Source: Antedon mediterranea
Lineage: Eukaryota; Animalia; Echinodermata
Assembly (NCBI RefSeq): GCF_964355755.1
Contig: NC_092671.1
Span: 13,640,001-13,704,000 of the forward strand
Direction of reading: 5' to 3'
DNA length: 64,000 bases
Notes under the pieces: model-generated
Databases searched by the model: none
What the model saw: only the letters and a program-made list of their open reading frames with translations
Told to the model about the DNA's origin: nothing
Part shown: piece by piece, positions 39,674 through 53,811 of the stretch
Numbering within the stretch: position 1 is the first letter of the stretch
Layout: each line of letters opens with the position of its first letter
Made by a program: the position numbers and the translations under genes

Positions 39674-42600
39674 ATGTTTCACAGAACTGTCCAGTGTAGC
39701 AAGACGGACAGGTACACGTGTATGCAGTACAGGAACCAGAATCCTGGACACAATCAGCTCCATTTTGACAAGCATTATTGGAACAAGCATTTAATACTGA
39801 AATAGCAAATAAATTATATTTTAATTTCTCTTTAATTACTTGATACGTGAATAGAATTCCATCTCCTTTTAAACTTACATGTTTCACAGAACTGTCCAGT
39901 GTAGCAGGATGGACAGCTACACGTGTATGAAGTACAAGAACCAGAAACCTGGACACAACCAGCTCCATTTTGACAAGCATTATTGGAACAAGCATTTAAT
40001 ACTGAAATAGCAAATAAATTATATTTTAATTTCTCTTTAATTACTTGATACGTGAATAGAATTCCATCTCCTTTTAAACTTACATGTTTCACAGAACTGT
40101 CCAGTGTAGCAGGATGGACAGCTACACGTGTATGCAGTACAGGAACCAGAAACCTGGACACAAGCAGCTCCATTTTGACAAGAATTATTAGTACAAGCAT
40201 TTAATACTGAAATATTAAATAAATTAAAATTTACTTTCTCTTGATATAGCTGGTTCTTAAATACTATTTCATCTACATTTTGTGCTGTTTTTAAACTTAC
40301 ATGTTTCACAGAATGTTCCAGTGTAGCATGCAGCACATCTACACGTGTATGCAGTACACAAACCAGAAACCTGGACACAAGCAGCTCCATTTTGACAAGC
40401 ATTATTGGAACAAGCATTTAATACTGAAATAGGAAATAAATTATATTTTAATTTCTCTTGAATTACTTGATACGTGAATAGAATTCCATCTGCTTTTAAA
40501 CTTACATGTTTCACAGAACTGTCCAGTGTAGCAAAATGGACAGCTACACGTGTAAGCAGTACAGGAACCAGCAACCTGGACACAACCAGCTCCATTTTGA
40601 CAAGCATTATTAGTACAAGCATTTAATACTGAAATATTAAATAAATTACAATTTACTTTCTATTGATTTACTTGGTATGTGAATAGAATTCCATCTGCTC
40701 TTTGTGCTGCCTTTAAACTTACATGTTTCAGAGAACTGTCCAGTGTAGCAAGACGAATTTGTCTTTATAATATAGACTAATGGATAAAGGGGAATTAAAA
40801 GATGCTCCAGCTCAAACAGGGATACTATCGGACTTGCGGTTTCGGAGGAGATAGAGGAGCAAATTTTGCTTGGTACGTGAATAAAATGTCATCTGCTTTT
40901 TGTGCTGCTTTTAAACTTACATGTTTCACAGAACTGTCCAGTGTAGCAGGATGGACAGCTACACGTGTAAGCAGTACAGGAACCAGAAACCTGGACACAA
41001 GCAGCTCCATTCTGACAGGCATTATTGGAACAAGCATTTAATACTGAAATATTAAATAAATTATATTTTACTTTCCCCTGATTTACTTGGCACTTGAATA
41101 GAATTTCATCTGCTGCCCATGGCACTCTTCAATTTTCACCTATTGTATTGCATCCTTGATCGATTTTGGTAGTGGGGAAATGCAAAGGATTGCCAAACGC
41201 AATGTTAGGCAGTTGCAAAGAAATTGGTTTAAAAAACACACTTTCGTACAAATTTGACTTTATAATATAGACTATAATGGATAAAGGGTTTAAAAGGTGC
41301 CCCAGCTCGAACAGGGGTACTATCGGACTTGTGGTTTGGGAGGAGATAGAGGAACAAATTTTGGCTTAGTGCTATTATAATATAGATTTTACTGTCCCTT
41401 GATTTACTTGGTACGTGAATAGAATTCCATCTGCTCTTTGTGCTGCTTTTAAACTTACATGTTTCAGAGAACTGTCCAGTGTAGCAAGACGAATTTGTCT
41501 TTATAATATAGACTAATGGATAAAGGGGAATTAAAAGATGCTCCAGCTCAAACAGGGATACTATCGGACTTGCGGTTTCGGAGGAGATAGAGGAACAAAT
41601 TTTGGCTTAGTGCTATTATAATATAGATTTTACTGTCCCTTGATTTACTTGGTACGTGAATAAAATGTCATCTGCTTTTTGTGCTGCTTTTAAACTTACA
41701 TGTTTCACAGAACTGTCCAGTGTAGCAGGATGGACAGCTACACGTGTAAGCAGTACAGGAACCAGAAACCTGGACACAAGTAGCTCCATTCTGACAGGCA
41801 TTATTGGAACAAGCATTTAATACTGAAATATTAAATAAATTATATTTTACTTTCCCCTGATTTACTTGGCACTTGAATAGAATTTCATCTGCTGCCCATG
41901 GCACTCTTCAATTTTCACATATTGTATTGCATCCTTGATCGATTTTGGTAGTGGGGAAATGCAAAGGATTGCCAAACGCAATGTTAGGCAGTTGCAAAGA
42001 AATTGGTTTAAAAAACACACTTTCGTACAAATTTGACTTTATAATATAGACTATAATGGATAAAGGGGAATTAAAAGGTGCCCCAGCTCGAACAGGGGTA
42101 CTATCGGACTTGTGGTTTGAGAGGAGATAGAGGAACAAATTTTGGCTTAGTGCTATTATAATATAGATTTTACTGTCCCTTGATTTACTTGGTACGTGAA
42201 TAAAATGTCATCTGCTTTTTGTGCTGTTTTTAAACTTACATGTTTCACAGAACTGTCCAGTGTAGCAGGATGGACAGCTACACGTGTAAGCAGTACAGGA
42301 ACCAGAAACCTGGACACAAGCAGCTCCATTCTGACAAGCATTATTAGTACAAGCATTTAATACTGAAATATTAAATAAATTAAAATTTACTTTCTCTTGA
42401 TATAGCTGGTTCTTAAATACTATTTCATCTACATTTTGTGCTGTTTTTAAACTTACATGTTTCACAGAATGTTCCAGTGTAGCATGTAGCACAGCTACAC
42501 GTGTATGCAGTACACGAACCAGAAACCTGGACACAAGCAGCTCCATTTTGACAAGCATTATTGGAACAAGCATTTAATACTGAAATAGGAAATAAATTAT

Positions 42601-45600
42601 ATTTTAATTTCTCTTGAATTACTTGATACGTGAATAGAATTCCATCTGCTTTTAAACTTACATGTTTCACAGAACTGTCCAGTGTAGCAAAATGGACAGC
42701 TACACGTGTAAGCAGTACAGGAACCAGCAACCTGGACACAACCAGCTCCATTTTGACAAGCATTATTAGTACAAGCATTTAATACTGAAATATTAAATAA
42801 ATTACAATTTACTTTCTATTGATTTACTTGGTATGTGAATAGAATTCCATCTGCTCTTTGTGCTGCCTTTAAACTTACATGTTTCAGAGAACTGTCCAGT
42901 GTAGCAAGACGAATTTGTCTTTATAATATAGACTAATGGATAAAGGGGAATTAAAAGATGCTCCAGCTCAAACAGGGATACTATCGGACTTGCGGTTTCG
43001 GAGGAGATAGAGGAGCAAATTTTGCTTGGTACGTGAATAAAATGTCATCTGCTTTTTGTGCTGCTTTTAAACTTACATGTTTCACAGAACTGTCCAGTGT
43101 AGCAGGATGGACAGCTACACGTGTAAGCAGTACAGGAACCAGAAACCTGGACACAAGCAGCTCCATTCTGACAGGCATTATTGGAACAAGCATTTAATAC
43201 TGAAATATTAAATAAATTATATTTTACTTTCCCCTGATTTACTTGGCACTTGAATAGAATTTCATCTGCTGCCCATGGCACTCTTCAATTTTCACCTTTT
43301 GTATTGCATCCTTGATCGATTTTGGTAGTGGGGAAATGCAAAGGATTGCCAAACGCAATGTTAGGCAGTTGCAAAGAAATTGGTTTAAAAAACACACTTT
43401 CGTACAAATTTGACTTTATAATATAGACTATAATGGATAAAGGGATTAAAAGGTGCCCCAGCTCGAACAGGGGTACTATCGGACTTGTGGTTTGGGAGGA
43501 GATAGAGGAACAAATTTTGGCTTAGTGCTATTATAATATAGATTTTACTGTCCCTTGATTTACTTGGTACGTGAATAAAATGTCATCTGCTTTTTGTGCT
43601 GCTTTTAAACTTACATGTTTCACAGAACTGTCCAGTGTAGCAGGATGGACAGCTACACGTGTAAGCAGTACAGGAACCAGAAACCTGGACACAAGCAGCT
43701 CCATTCTGACAGGCATTATTGGAACAAGCATTTAATACTGAAATATTAAATAAATTATATTTTACTTTCCCCTGATTTATTTGGCACTTGAATAGAATTT
43801 CATCTGCTGGCCATGGCACTCTTCAATTTTCACCTATTGTATTGCATCCTTGATCGATTTTGGTAGCGGGGAAATGCAAAGGATTGCCAAACGCAATGTT
43901 AGGCAGTTGCAAAGAAATTGGTCTAAAAAACACACTTTCGTACAAATTTGACTTTATAATATAGACTAATGGATAAAGGGGAATTAAAAGGTGCCCCAGC
44001 TCGAACAGGGGTACTATCGGACTTGCGGTTTGGGAGGAGATAGAAGGATAAATTTTGGCTTATTGCTATTATAATATAGATTTTACTGTTCCTTGATTTA
44101 CTTGGTACGTGAATAAAATGTAATCTGCTTTTTCTGCTGCTTTCAAACTTACATGTTTCACAGAACTGTCCAGTGTAGCAGGATGGACAGCTACACGTGT
44201 AAGCAGTACAGGAACCAGAAACCTGGACACAAGCAGCTCCATTCTGACAGGCATTATTGGAACAAGCATTTAATACTGAAATATTAAATAAATTATATTT
44301 TACTTTCCCCTGATTGACCTGGCACTTGAATAGAATTTCATCTGCTGCCCATGGCACTCTTCAATTTTCACCTATTGTATTGCATCCTTGATCGATTTTG
44401 GTAGCGGGGAAATGCAAAGGATTGCCAAACGCAATGTTAGGCAGTTGCAAAGGAATTGGTCTAAAAAACACACTTTCGTACAAATTTGACTTTATAATAT
44501 AGACTAATGGATAAAGGGGAATTAAAAGGTGCCCCAGCTCGAACAGGGGTACTATCGGACTTGCGGTTTGGGAGGAGATAGAAGGACAAATTTTGGCTTA
44601 GTGCTATTATAATATAGATTTTACTGTCCCTTGATTTACTTGGTACGTGAATAAAATTTCATTTGCTTTTTGTGCTGCTTTTAAACTTACATGTTTCACA
44701 GAACTGTCCAGTGTAGCATGTAGCACAGCTACACGTGTAAGCAGTACAGGAACCAGAAACCTGGACGCAAGAAGCTTCATTTTGACAAGCATTATTAGTA
44801 CAAGCATTTAATACTGAAATATTAAATGAATTACAATTTACTTTCTCTTGATATAGCTGGTTCTTAAATACTATTTCATCTACATTTTGTGCTGTTTTTA
44901 AACTTACATGTTTCACAGAATGTTCCAGTGTAGCATGTAGCACAGCTACACGTGTATGCAGTACACGAACCAGAAACCTGGACACAAGCAGCTCCATTTT
45001 GACAAGCATTATTGGAACAAGCGTTTAATACTGAAATAGGAAATAAATTATATTTTAATTTCTCTTGAATTACTTGATACGTGAATAGAATTCCATCTGC
45101 TTTTAAACTTACATGTTTCACAGAACTGTCCAGTGTAGCACGATGGACAGCTACACGTGTAAGCAGTACAGGAACCAGCAACCTGGACACAACCAGCTCC
45201 ATTTTGACAAGCATTATTAATACAAGCATTTAATACTGAAATATTAAATAAATTACAATTTACTTTCTGTTGATTTACTTGGTATGTGAATAGAATTCCA
45301 TCTGCTCTTTGTGCTGCTTTTAAACTTACATGTTTCAGAGAACTGTCCAGTGTAGCAAGACGAATTTGACTTTATAATATAGACTAATGGATAAAGGGGA
45401 ATTAAAAGGTGCTCCAGCTCAAACAGGGATACTATCGGACTTGCGGTTTGGGAGGAGATAGAGGAACAAATTTTGGCTTAGTGCTATTATAATATAGATT
45501 TTACTGTCCCTTGATTTACTTGGTACGTGAATAAAATGTCATCTGCTTTTTGTGCTGCTTTTAAACTTACATGTTTCACAGAACTGTCCAGTGTAGCAAG

Positions 45601-48600
45601 ATGGACAGCTACACGTGTAAGCAGTACAGGAACCAGAAACCTGGACACAAGCAGCTCCATTCTGACAGGCATTATTGGAACAAGCATTTAATACTGAAAT
45701 ATTAAATAAATTATATTTTACTTTCCCCTGATTTACTTGGCACTTGAATAGAATTTCATCTGCTGCCCATGGCACTCTTCAATTTTCACCTATTGTATTG
45801 CATCCTTGATCGATTTTGGTAGTGGGGAAATGCAAAGGATTGCCAAACGCAATGTTAGGCAGTTGCAAAGAAATTGGTCTAAAAAACACACTTTCGTACA
45901 AATTTGACTTTATAATATAGACTAATGGATAAAGGGGAATTAAAAGGTGCCCCAGCTCGAACAGGGGTACTATCGGACTTGTTGTTTGGGAGGAGATAGA
46001 GGAACACAATTTTGGCTTAGTGCTATTATAATATAGGTTTTACTGTCCCTTGATTTACTTGGTACGTGAATAAAATTTCATTTGCTTTTTGTGCTGCTTT
46101 TAAACTTACATGTTTCACAGAACTGTCCAGTGTAGCAGGACGGACAGCTACACGTGTAAGCAGTACAGGAACCAGAAACCTGGACGCAAGCAGCTCCATT
46201 TTGACAAGCATTATTAGTACAAGAATTTAATACTGAAATATTAAATAAATTACAATTTACTTTCTCTTGATATAGCTGGTTCTTAAATACTATTTCATCT
46301 ACATTTTGTGCTGTTTTTAAACTTACATGTTTCACAGAATGTTCCAGTGTAGCATGTAGCACAGCTACACGTGTATGCAGTACACGAACCAGAAACCTGG
46401 ACACAAGCAGCTCCATTTTGACAAGCATTATTGGAACAAGCATTTAATACTGAAATAGGAAATAAATTATAATTTAATTTCTCTTGAATTACTTGATACG
46501 TGAATAGAATTCCATCTGCTTTTAAACTTACATGTTTCACAGAACTGTCCAGTGTAGCACGATGGACAGCTACACGTGTAAGCAGTACAGGAACCAGCAA
46601 CCTGGACACAACCAGCTCCATTTTGACAAGCATTATTAGTACAAGCATTTAATACTTAAATATTAAATAAATTACAATTTACTTTCTGTTGATTTACTTG
46701 GTATGTAAATAGAATTCCATCTGCTCTTTGTGTTGCTTTTAAACTTACATGTTTCAGAGAACTGTCCAGTGTAGCAAGACGAATTTGACTTTATAATATA
46801 GACTAATGGATAAAGGAGAATTAAAAGATGCTCCAGCTCAAACAGGGGTACTATCGGACTTGCGGTTTCGGAAGAGATAGAGGAACAAATTTTGGCTTAG
46901 TGCTATTATAATATAGATTTTACTGTCCCTTGATTTACTTGGTACGTGAATAAAATGTCATCTGCTTTTTGTGCTGCTTTTAAACTTACATGTTTCACAG
47001 AACTGTCCAGTGTAGCAGGATGGACAGCTACACGTGTAAGCAGTACAGGAACCAGAAACCTCGACACAAGCAGCTCCATTTTGACAAGCATTATTAGTAC
47101 AAGCATTTAATACTGAAATATTAAATAAATTACAATTTACTTTCTCTTGATATAGCTGGTTCTTAAATACTATTTCATCTACATTTTGTGCGGTTTTTAA
47201 ACTTACATGTTTCACAGAATGTTCCAGTGTAGCATGTAGCACAGCTACACGTGTATGCAGTACACGAACCAGAAACCTGGACACAAGCAACTCCATTTTG
47301 ACAAGCATTATTGGAACAAGCATTTAATACTGAAATAGGAAATAAATTATATTTTAATTTCTCTTGAATTACTTGATACGTGAATAGAATTCCATCTGCT
47401 TTTAAACTTACATGTTTCACAGAACTGTCCAGTGTAGCAAGATGGACAGCTACACGTGTAAGCAGTACAGGAACCAGCAACCTGGACACAACCAGCTCCA
47501 TTTTGACAAGCATTATTAGTACAAGCATTTAATACTGAAATATTAAATAAATTACAATTTACTTTCTATTGATTTAGTTGGTATGTAAATAGAATTCCAT
47601 CTGCTCTTTGTGCTGCTTTTAAACTTACATGTTTCAGAGAACTGTCCAGTGTAGCAAGACGAATTTGACTTTATAATATAGACTAATGGATAAAGGGGAA
47701 TTAAAAGGTGCTCCAGCTCAAACAGGGATACTATCGGACTTGCGGTTTCGGAGGAGATAGAGGAACAAATTTTGGCTTAGTGCTATTATAATATAGATTT
47801 TACTGTCCCTTGATTTACTTGGTACGTGAATAAAATGTCATCTGCTTTTTGTGCTGCTTTTAAACTTACATGTTTCACAGAACTGTCCAGTGTAGCAGGA
47901 TGGACAGCTACACGTGTAAGCAGTACAGGAACCAGAAACCTGGACACAAGCAGCTCCATTCTGACAGGCATTATTGGAACAAGCATTTAATACTGAAATA
48001 GGAAATAAATTATATTTTAATTTCTCTTGAATTACTTGATACGTGAATAGAATTCCATCTGCTTTTAAACTTACATGTTTCACAGAACTGTCCAGTGTAG
48101 CAAGATGGACAGCTACACGTGTAAGCAGTACAGGAACCAGCAACCTGGACACAACCAGCTCCATTTTGACAAGCATTATTAGTACAAGCATTTAATACTG
48201 AAATATTAAATAAATTACAATTTACTTTCTATTGATTTAGTTGGTATGTGAATAGAATTCCATCTGCTCTTTGTGCTGCTTTTAAACTTACATGTTTCAG
48301 AGAACTGTCCGTGTAGCAAGACGAATTTGACTTTATAATATAGACTAATGGATAAAGGGGAATTAAAAGGTGCTCCAGCTCAAACAGGGATACTATCGGA
48401 CTTGCGGTTTCGGAGGAGATAGAGGAACAAATTTTGGCTTAGTGCTATTATAATATAGATTTTACTGTCCCTTGATTTACTTGGTACGTGAATAAAATGT
48501 CATCTGCTTTTTGTGCTGCTTTTAAACTTACATGTTTCACAGAACTGTCCAGTGTAGCAGGATGGACAGCTACACGTGTAAGCAGTACAGGAACCAGAAA

Positions 48601-51574
48601 CCTGGACACAAGCAGCTCCATTCTGACAGGCATTATTGGAACAAGCATTTAATACTGAAATATTAAATAAATTATATTTTACTTTCCCCTGATTTATTTG
48701 GCACTTGAATAGAATTTCATCTGCTGGCCATGGCACTCTTCAATTTTCACCTATTGTATTGCATCCTTGATCGATTTTGGTAGCGGGGAAATGCAAAGGA
48801 TTGCCAAACGCAATGTTAGGCAGTGGCAAAGAAATTGGTCTAAAAAACACACTTTCGTACAAATTTGACTTTATAATATAGACTAATGGATAAAGGGGAA
48901 TTAAAAGATGCTCCAGCTCAAACAGGGGTACTATCGGACTTGCGGTTTGGGAGGAGATAGAAGGATAAATTTTGGCTTATTGCTATTATAATATAGATTT
49001 TACTGTTCCTTGATTTACTTGGTACGTGAATAAAATGTCATCTGCTTTTTCTGCTGCTTTTAAACTTACATGTTTCACAGAACTGTCCAGTGTAGCAGGA
49101 TGGACAGCTACACGTGTAAGCAGTACAGGAACCAGAAACCTGGACACAAGCAGCTCCATTCTGACAGGCATTATTGGAACAAGCATTTAATACTGAAATA
49201 TTAAATAAATTATATTTTACTTTCCCCTGATTGACCTGGCACTTGAATAGAATTTCATCTGCTGCCCATGGCACTCTTCAATTTTCACCTATTGTATTGC
49301 ATCCTTGATCGATTTTGGTAGCGGGGAAATGCAAAGGATTGCCAAACGCAATGTTAGGCAGTTGCAAAGGAATTGGTCTAAAAAACACACTTTCGTACAA
49401 ATTTGACTTTATAATATAGACTAATGGATAAAGGGGAATTAAAAGGTGCCCCAGCCCGAACAGGGGTACTATCGGACTTGTTTTTTGGGAGGAGATAGAG
49501 GAACACAATTTTGGCTTAGTGCTATTATAATATAGATTTTACTGTCCCTTGATTTACTTGGTACGTGAATAAAATTTCATTTGCTTTTTGTGCTGCTTTT
49601 AAACTTACATGTTTCACAGAACTGTCCAGTGTAGCAGGACGGACAGCTACACGTGTAAGCAGTACAGGAACCAGAAACCTGGACGCAAGCAGCTTCATTT
49701 TGACAAGCATTATTAGTACAAGCATTTAATACTGAAATATTAAATGAATTACAATTTACTTTCTCTTGATATAGCTGGTTCTTAAATACTATTTCATCTA
49801 CATTTTGTGCTGTTTTTAAACTTACATGTTTCACAGAATGTTCCAGTGTAGCATGTAGCACAGCTACACGTGTATGCAGTACACGAACCAGAAACCTGGA
49901 CACAAGCAGCTCCATTTTGACAAGCATTATTGGAACAAGCATTTAATACTGAAATAGGAAATAAATTATAATTTAATTTCTCTTGAATTACTTGATACGT
50001 GAATAGAATTCCATCTGCTTTTAAACTTACATGTTTCACAGCACTGTCCAGTGTAGCACGATGGACAGCTACACGTGTAAGCAGTACAGGAACCAGCAAC
50101 CTGGACACAACCAGCTCCATTTTGACAAGCATTATTAGTACAAGCATTTAATACTTAAATATTAAATAAATTACAATTTACTTTCTGTTGATTTACTTGG
50201 TATGTAAATAGAATTCCATCTGCTCTTTGTGCTGCTTTTAAACTTACATGTTTCAGAGAACTGTCCGTGTAGCAAGACGAATTTGACTTTATAATATAGA
50301 CTAATGGATAAAGGGGAATTAAAAGATGCTCCAGCTCAAACAGGGGTACTATCGGACTTGCGGTTTCGGAAGAGATAGAGGAACAAATTTTGGCTTAGTG
50401 CTATTATAATATAGATTTTACTGTCCCTTGATTTACTTGGTACGTGAATAAAATGTCATCTGCTTTTTGTGCTGCTTTTAAACTTACATGTTTCACAGAA
50501 CTGTCCAGTGTAGCAAGATGGACAGCTACACGTGTAAGCAGTACAGGAACCAGAAACCTGGACACAAGCAGCTCCATTCTGACAGGCATTATTGGAACAA
50601 GCATTTAATACTGAAATATTAAATAAATTATATTTTACTTTCCCCTGGTTTACTTGGCACTTGAATAGAATTTCATCTGCTGCCCATGGCACTCTTCAAT
50701 TTTCACCTATTGTATTGCATCCTTGATCGATTTTGGTAGCGGGGAAATGCAAAGGATTGCCAAACGCAATGTTAGGCAGTTGCAAAAAATTGGTCTAAAA
50801 AACACACTTTCGTACAAATTTGACTTTATAATTTAGACTAATGGATAAAGGGGAATTAAAAGGTGCCCCAGCTCGAACAGGGGTACTATCGGACTTGCGG
50901 TTTGGGAGGAGATAGAAGGACAAATTTTGGCTTAGTGCTATTATAATATAGGTTTTACTTTCCCTTGATTTACTTGGTACGTGAATAAAATTTCATTTGC
51001 TTTTTGTGCTATTTTAAACTTACAAGTTTCACAGAACTGTCCAGTGTAGCAGGACGGACAGCTACACATGTAAGCAGTACAGGAACCAGAAACCTGGACG
51101 CAAGCAGCTCCATTTTGACAAGCATTATTAGTACAAGCATTTAATACTGAAATATTAAATAAATTACAATTTACTTTCTCTTGATATAGCTGGTTCTTAA
51201 ATACTATTTCATCTACATTTTGTGCTGTTTTTAAACTTACATGTTTCACAGAATGTTCCAGTGTAGCATGTAGCACAGCTACACGTGTATGCAGTACACG
51301 AACCAGAAACCTGGACACAAGCAGCTCCATTTTGACAAGCATTATTGGAACAAGCATTTAGGCCTAATACTGAAATAGGAAATAAATTATACTTTAATTT
51401 CTCTTGAATTACTTGATACGTGAATAGAATTCCATCTGCTTTTAAACTTACATGTTTCACAGAACTGTCCAGTGTAGCACGATGGACAGCTACACGTGTA
51501 AGCAGTACAGGAACCAGCAACCTGGACACAACCAGCTCCATTTTGACAAGCATTATTAGTACAAGCATTTAATA
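39674..51574 (-). CDS. Tandem EGF exon array, proximal block: ~34 exons of 123 nt, each one 8-Cys EGF module; probably the ectodomain of the adhesion GPCR
   Basis: Each copy is TTTCAG|TA TTA AAT GCT TGT...TGT GAA ACA T|GTAAGT, encoding LLNACSNNACQNGAACVQVSGSCTAYTCSCPSCYTGQFCET. Examples: 39674-39796, 39879-40001, 40084-40206, 40301-40423, 40506-40628, 40921-41043, 41700-41822 ... 51452-51574. Phase 1/1 matches exon 35268-35384. Confidence 0.85.
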
Positions 51575-52126
51575 CTGAAATATTAAATAAATTACAATTT
51601 ACTTTCTGTTGATTTACTTGGTATGTAAATAGAATTCCATCTGCTCTTTGTGCTGCTTTTAAACTTACATGTTTCAGAGAACTGTCCAGTGTAGCAAGAC
51701 GAATTTGACTTTATAATATAGACTAATGGATAAAGGGGAATTAAAAGATGCTCCAGCTCAAACAGGCATTATTGGAACAAGCATTTAATACTGAAATATT
51801 AAATAAATTATATTTTACTTTCCCCTGATTTACTTGGCACTTTAATAGAATTTCTCTGCTGCCCATGGCACTCTTCAATTTTCACATATTGTATTGCATC
51901 CTTGATCGATTTTATTTTTGGTAGTGGGGAAATGCAAAGGATTGCCAAACGCAATGTTAGGCAGTTGCAAAAAATTGGTCTAAAAAACACACTTTCGTAC
52001 AAATTTGACTTTATAATATAGACTAATGGATAAAGGGGAATTAAAAGGTGCCCCAGCTCGAATAGGGGTACTATCGGACTTGTGGTTTGGGAGGAGATAG
52101 AGGAACACATTTGGGCTTAGTGCTAT

Positions 52127-52530
52127 TGTTACATGGCAAGAAAACCAGGCCCTCTAGAGTTAGAAAATCAGGCCCTCTATAACAAAAATTGAGAGAGGTC
52201 AATTGGGAGAGTTCAGGGAGACATGTGTTATTGGGTTGCTGGCCTGTTTTTGTTAAGGGATTGCTGTTTAGTTTTGTTGTTTTCGTAAGATGTTTAAAGT
52301 TAAATTAAAAAGAACAGTTATTTAGAATTAAACCGTGGTTAACCATTAACAAGGAACGGATGATTATCCAGTAGATGATTAAAGGAATATAAGATCGTTT
52401 ACAATTAAAGAGAACAGATGTGTTAATCCGCTGTTTTTGTTGATTCATATTGTGTACGGGGATACTAAATTCACTTTGGAAAAATATCGTTGAACTATTG
52501 TGTTGAGATGTCCTGGAAACCTGTGTAAAA
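52127..52530 (+). repeat. 5' LTR
   Basis: Starts TGTTACATGG; direct repeat of 59191-59592 with ~6 substitutions and one 2-bp indel by eye. Confidence 0.95.
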
Positions 52531-52532
52531 TC

Positions 52533-52549
52533 TGGCGATCCTGCCAGGA
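52533..52549 (+). promoter_or_regulatory. Primer-binding site complementary to the tRNA-Arg(ACG) 3' end
   Basis: TGGCGATCCTGCCAGGA = reverse complement of TCCTGGCAGGATCG-CCA, which I recall as the 3' end of invertebrate tRNA-Arg(ACG); 2 nt after the LTR. Confidence 0.8.
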
Positions 52550-52588
52550 CATCTCTAGGAATTGAATAAGAAAAGAAAAGCGAAGAAC

Positions 52589-53770
52589 ATGGAATTAGAA
52601 ACTCTAGAGAGAGAGTTACGTAGTACACCTTACGTTCTGACTGTAGAACAAGTAAAAGAAGTGGCACGGTATCTTAAGCTAGAAGGAATGGATGACAAAA
52701 CGAAACACATTGTTTTAAAGGCAATCAATACATTTTTAGATGGCGATGAGGTAGATGCAATGGAGGATAAAGGACTAGCACTGTAGACGGGCATGCATGA
52801 ACTAATAATTGGTGGATTCGAGGCACCAGGAGAGGAGATCGAAGTGGCAGTAAATCAGGTGACGTCTGCAGGGAGTGAGAGACCAGTGCCAGAGAACAAG
52901 GGCTTGGGTGCTTTCCCATGGGGCAGACGTGATCTGAAGCTAAGTGGACAGATTGGGGCACCCGGACAGGCAAGGAAGCTGACCTTTAACAGTCTCGCCA
53001 TGCAAATTGAAGATGCAGTCCAAAAAGGGTATACCTCCAGAGAGATTTTGGTTGCCGCTACAAAGTTACCTGGAAGGGAGAATTGATATAAAATTGCCAC
53101 AGTTGCGAAGAATTCTAAGGGCTCATTATAAGGAACGAGATACGATGGACTTGTATCAAGAACTAGCATCGCTTCGAAAATCTGAAGCAACACAGGATTT
53201 TGTTATGCGTGCGATGAGCCTTCGTCAACGGGTCACTTTTGCATCCCAGGAAGATCAATCAACCCTAAAATATGATGCGGATTTAGTACAAATACCTTCA
53301 TCCAAACATTGAAGACTGGCTTGCCAGAGAGATTGAGAAGTGAAATGAATCCGTATCTTACACCGAAAATTACCGATGAAGATCTTCTAGAAAGATTAGC
53401 CATTGTGGAGAATCTAGAAGAAAGACGGTCTCAGAAAAGTAAAACGTGCATCAGTGCTGCTTCTGTTGCAGCAGATGGACAGCAGGATGAGATACAATTG
53501 TTGATAAAAGGAATGAAGACACTACAGGCTAATGTGTCGGTACTTCAACAAGTGGTACGACAGAACACTGAGACTGCATCCCTTTCAATGGTGCAGCAGA
53601 GAACTGAAAGAAAGACTAGAGAAAGGGGTTGTGATGTATGCAAACAGAATAAGAAAGGGGCGGAGTGTAGACATTGTTTTAAGTGCGGTGGATCCAACCA
53701 TTTTGCCAGGAGCTGTAGGAGCCAGGGAAATGGACCAAGGTCAATCCAGCGGGACGGGGAGAGACCATAG
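52589..53770 (+). pseudogene. gag: Gypsy gag, broken by stop/frameshifts
   Basis: Fragments 52562..52786, 52793..53086, 53007..53312 and 53309..53770; CCHC knuckle CFKCGGSNHFARSC. Confidence 0.85.
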
Positions 53771-53811
53771 ACACAGACAGGTCCCCCAAACAAAATACCA
53801 GTAACAAGCTC

